Below, piece after piece: positions 28,695-30,019 of a stretch of DNA of 30,019 nucleotides. Both the position numbers and the translations under genes were made by a program. Within the stretch, counting starts at the first letter, position 1; each line of letters begins with the position of its first letter. Source of the DNA: Candidatus Altimarinota bacterium (GTDB taxonomy: Bacteria > Patescibacteriota > Gracilibacteria > BD1-5 > UBA2023); NCBI GenBank assembly GCA_043778965.1, contig JAYWFD010000090.1, forward strand, positions 1 to 30,019, in the 5' to 3' direction. Below the pieces are notes generated by a model. The model was not told where the DNA came from and did no database searches. It saw nothing but the letters and a program-made list of their open reading frames with translations.

Positions 28695-29951
28695 ATGAAT
28701 ACTCTTCGATTTCTCACTCCAGATACTATTGCTAAAATTCGTGATAGTTATGCAACTCCCATTTTTGTCTACTCAGAGAGGATTCTCCGGGAACAAGCAC
28801 GGAAGGTTATAAACTTCCCTCACCATTTCTGATTGACTCCACGCTATGCGATGAAGACGAGTTCGAATCGAAGCCTTCTCCAGATTTTTCACTCCGAGGG
28901 ACTCCATATCGATGCCTCGAGTGGATATGAGGTGATGCGTTCCCTGAGTTCTGGGATCCCTGCGAGCCATATCCAGCTCACCGGTCAGGAAATGCCGAGA
29001 AATCTCGAAGAGATCGTGAATCTCGGTGTAGAGTTCAATGCAACGAGCCTCCATCAGCTCGAGACCTATGGGAATCTCTTTCCAAATACAGAAGCCTCGA
29101 TCCGAGTGAATCCTGGCATGGGATCTGGTGGGACCAATCGGACCAATGTCTGAGGACCAGGATCAAGTTTTGGAATTTGGCACGAATATTTAGACGATGC
29201 GAAAAAAATCGCAGAGAAATATCGTCTCACGATCACGAAGCTTCATACGCATATCTGATCAGGATCAGATCCTGAAGTCTGGAAAAAAGTGGCAAGCATG
29301 GTACTGGATATTGTAGAAAAACTCCCTGATGTAGAGACAGTATCACTCGGTGGAGGATTCAAAGTAGCTCGTATGGAGTATGAGAAGACTGCGAATCTCG
29401 AAGAAATCGGGAATCATGTGAAGTGACTCTTTTGGGATTTTTATGAGAAAACATGAAGAAAGCTGCATCTCGAGATCGAACCGGGAACCTTCCTCGTAGC
29501 AAACTCAGCAAGTCTCATAACAGAAATTATCGATATCGTCGATACCTGAGAGGATGGATATAATTTCATCAAGGTAAATGCCGGGATGACAGAAGTGACT
29601 CGCCCATCACTCTACGGTGCACAGCATCCTATTATTGTTATACCAAAAAAGGGAAATCCTTATAAAAAAGAGTATATTGTAGTCGGACATAACTGCGAAA
29701 GTGGAGATATCTTCACTCCCGCACCCTGAGATCCAGAGTGACTCCTTCCTCGAACACTTACAGAAGCATGTATCTGAGATGCTCTCGTGATAGAGTCAGT
29801 CGGATCCTACTGCGCCAGTATGAGTACTCACGGGTACAATAGCTTCCCAGAAGCAGGTGAGCTTCTCCTTCGAGAGGATGATGATATAGTCGAAATAAGA
29901 AAAAGAGCATGAGCCGAAGAATTATGGAGAAATGAGATAATGGTAATATAA
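28695..29951 (+). CDS. lysA: Diaminopimelate decarboxylase, 418 aa
   Basis: TPIFVY, RYAMKT (PLP lysine), DASSGYE, RVNPG.G.G....TNVGGPGSSFGIW, HTHIGSG, LGGGF, EPGTFLV, GHNCESGD, GSYCASMS..YNSFP. Confidence 0.93.
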
Positions 29952-30019
29952 TATTAATTTTACATTTGACAAAAATTATATTTTTCATAAGTTTCATACT
30001 AGATATTCTATAATATTAT

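Noticed and set aside
1-30019. Many genes appear as pseudogene fragments in the ORF track
   Set aside because: All breaks are TGA codons at conserved Gly positions. With table 25 the genes are intact, except the delta-60 gene.
1-30019. TGA as Trp (code 4) or selenocysteine
   Set aside because: TGA aligns to Gly in Walker A, glmS CG, NlpC GxDC and PSGNFG motifs; Trp motifs (EWWHF, YSWWD) use TGG.

Overview
A 30-kb AT-rich bacterial chromosome segment that reads correctly only when TGA encodes glycine (translation table 25). This points to a CPR/Patescibacteria organism, most likely Candidatus Gracilibacteria (Absconditabacteria/SR1 not excluded). The supplied ORF track treats TGA as stop and so fragments almost every gene. 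Re-translating by hand gives about 30 CDSs and one tRNA-Glu(UUC). Recognisable genes: partial PLD/cardiolipin synthase, rplK, VanX-type D-Ala-D-Ala dipeptidase, LysM protein, tilS, RNHCP protein, PilB/GspE ATPase, DsbA lipoprotein, xth, glmS, PiT transporter, MBL hydrolase, two tandem Fur-family regulators, ZIP and CDF metal transporters, a frameshifted delta-60 beta-propeller surface protein, EamA, nitroreductase with HxlR, NlpC/P60, thrC and lysA. Top observations: (1) an apparent ribosome-mediated leader-peptide attenuator with tandem Lys codons and mutually exclusive 1:2, 2:3 and 3:4 helices upstream of lysA; (2) a CGTC/RPE-like palindromic element inserted in frame in xth, with a related short copy supplying the tilS start codon; (3) several sigma70 promoters whose -10 box lies exactly 6 nt before the ATG, suggesting leaderless translation; (4) a 1-nt frameshift at a G5 run in the beta-propeller gene; (5) a small RelE/ParE-like toxin-antitoxin candidate. 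No CRISPR array, rRNA, integrase or transposase was seen. All assignments come from manual motif reading; no database search or folding computation was run.
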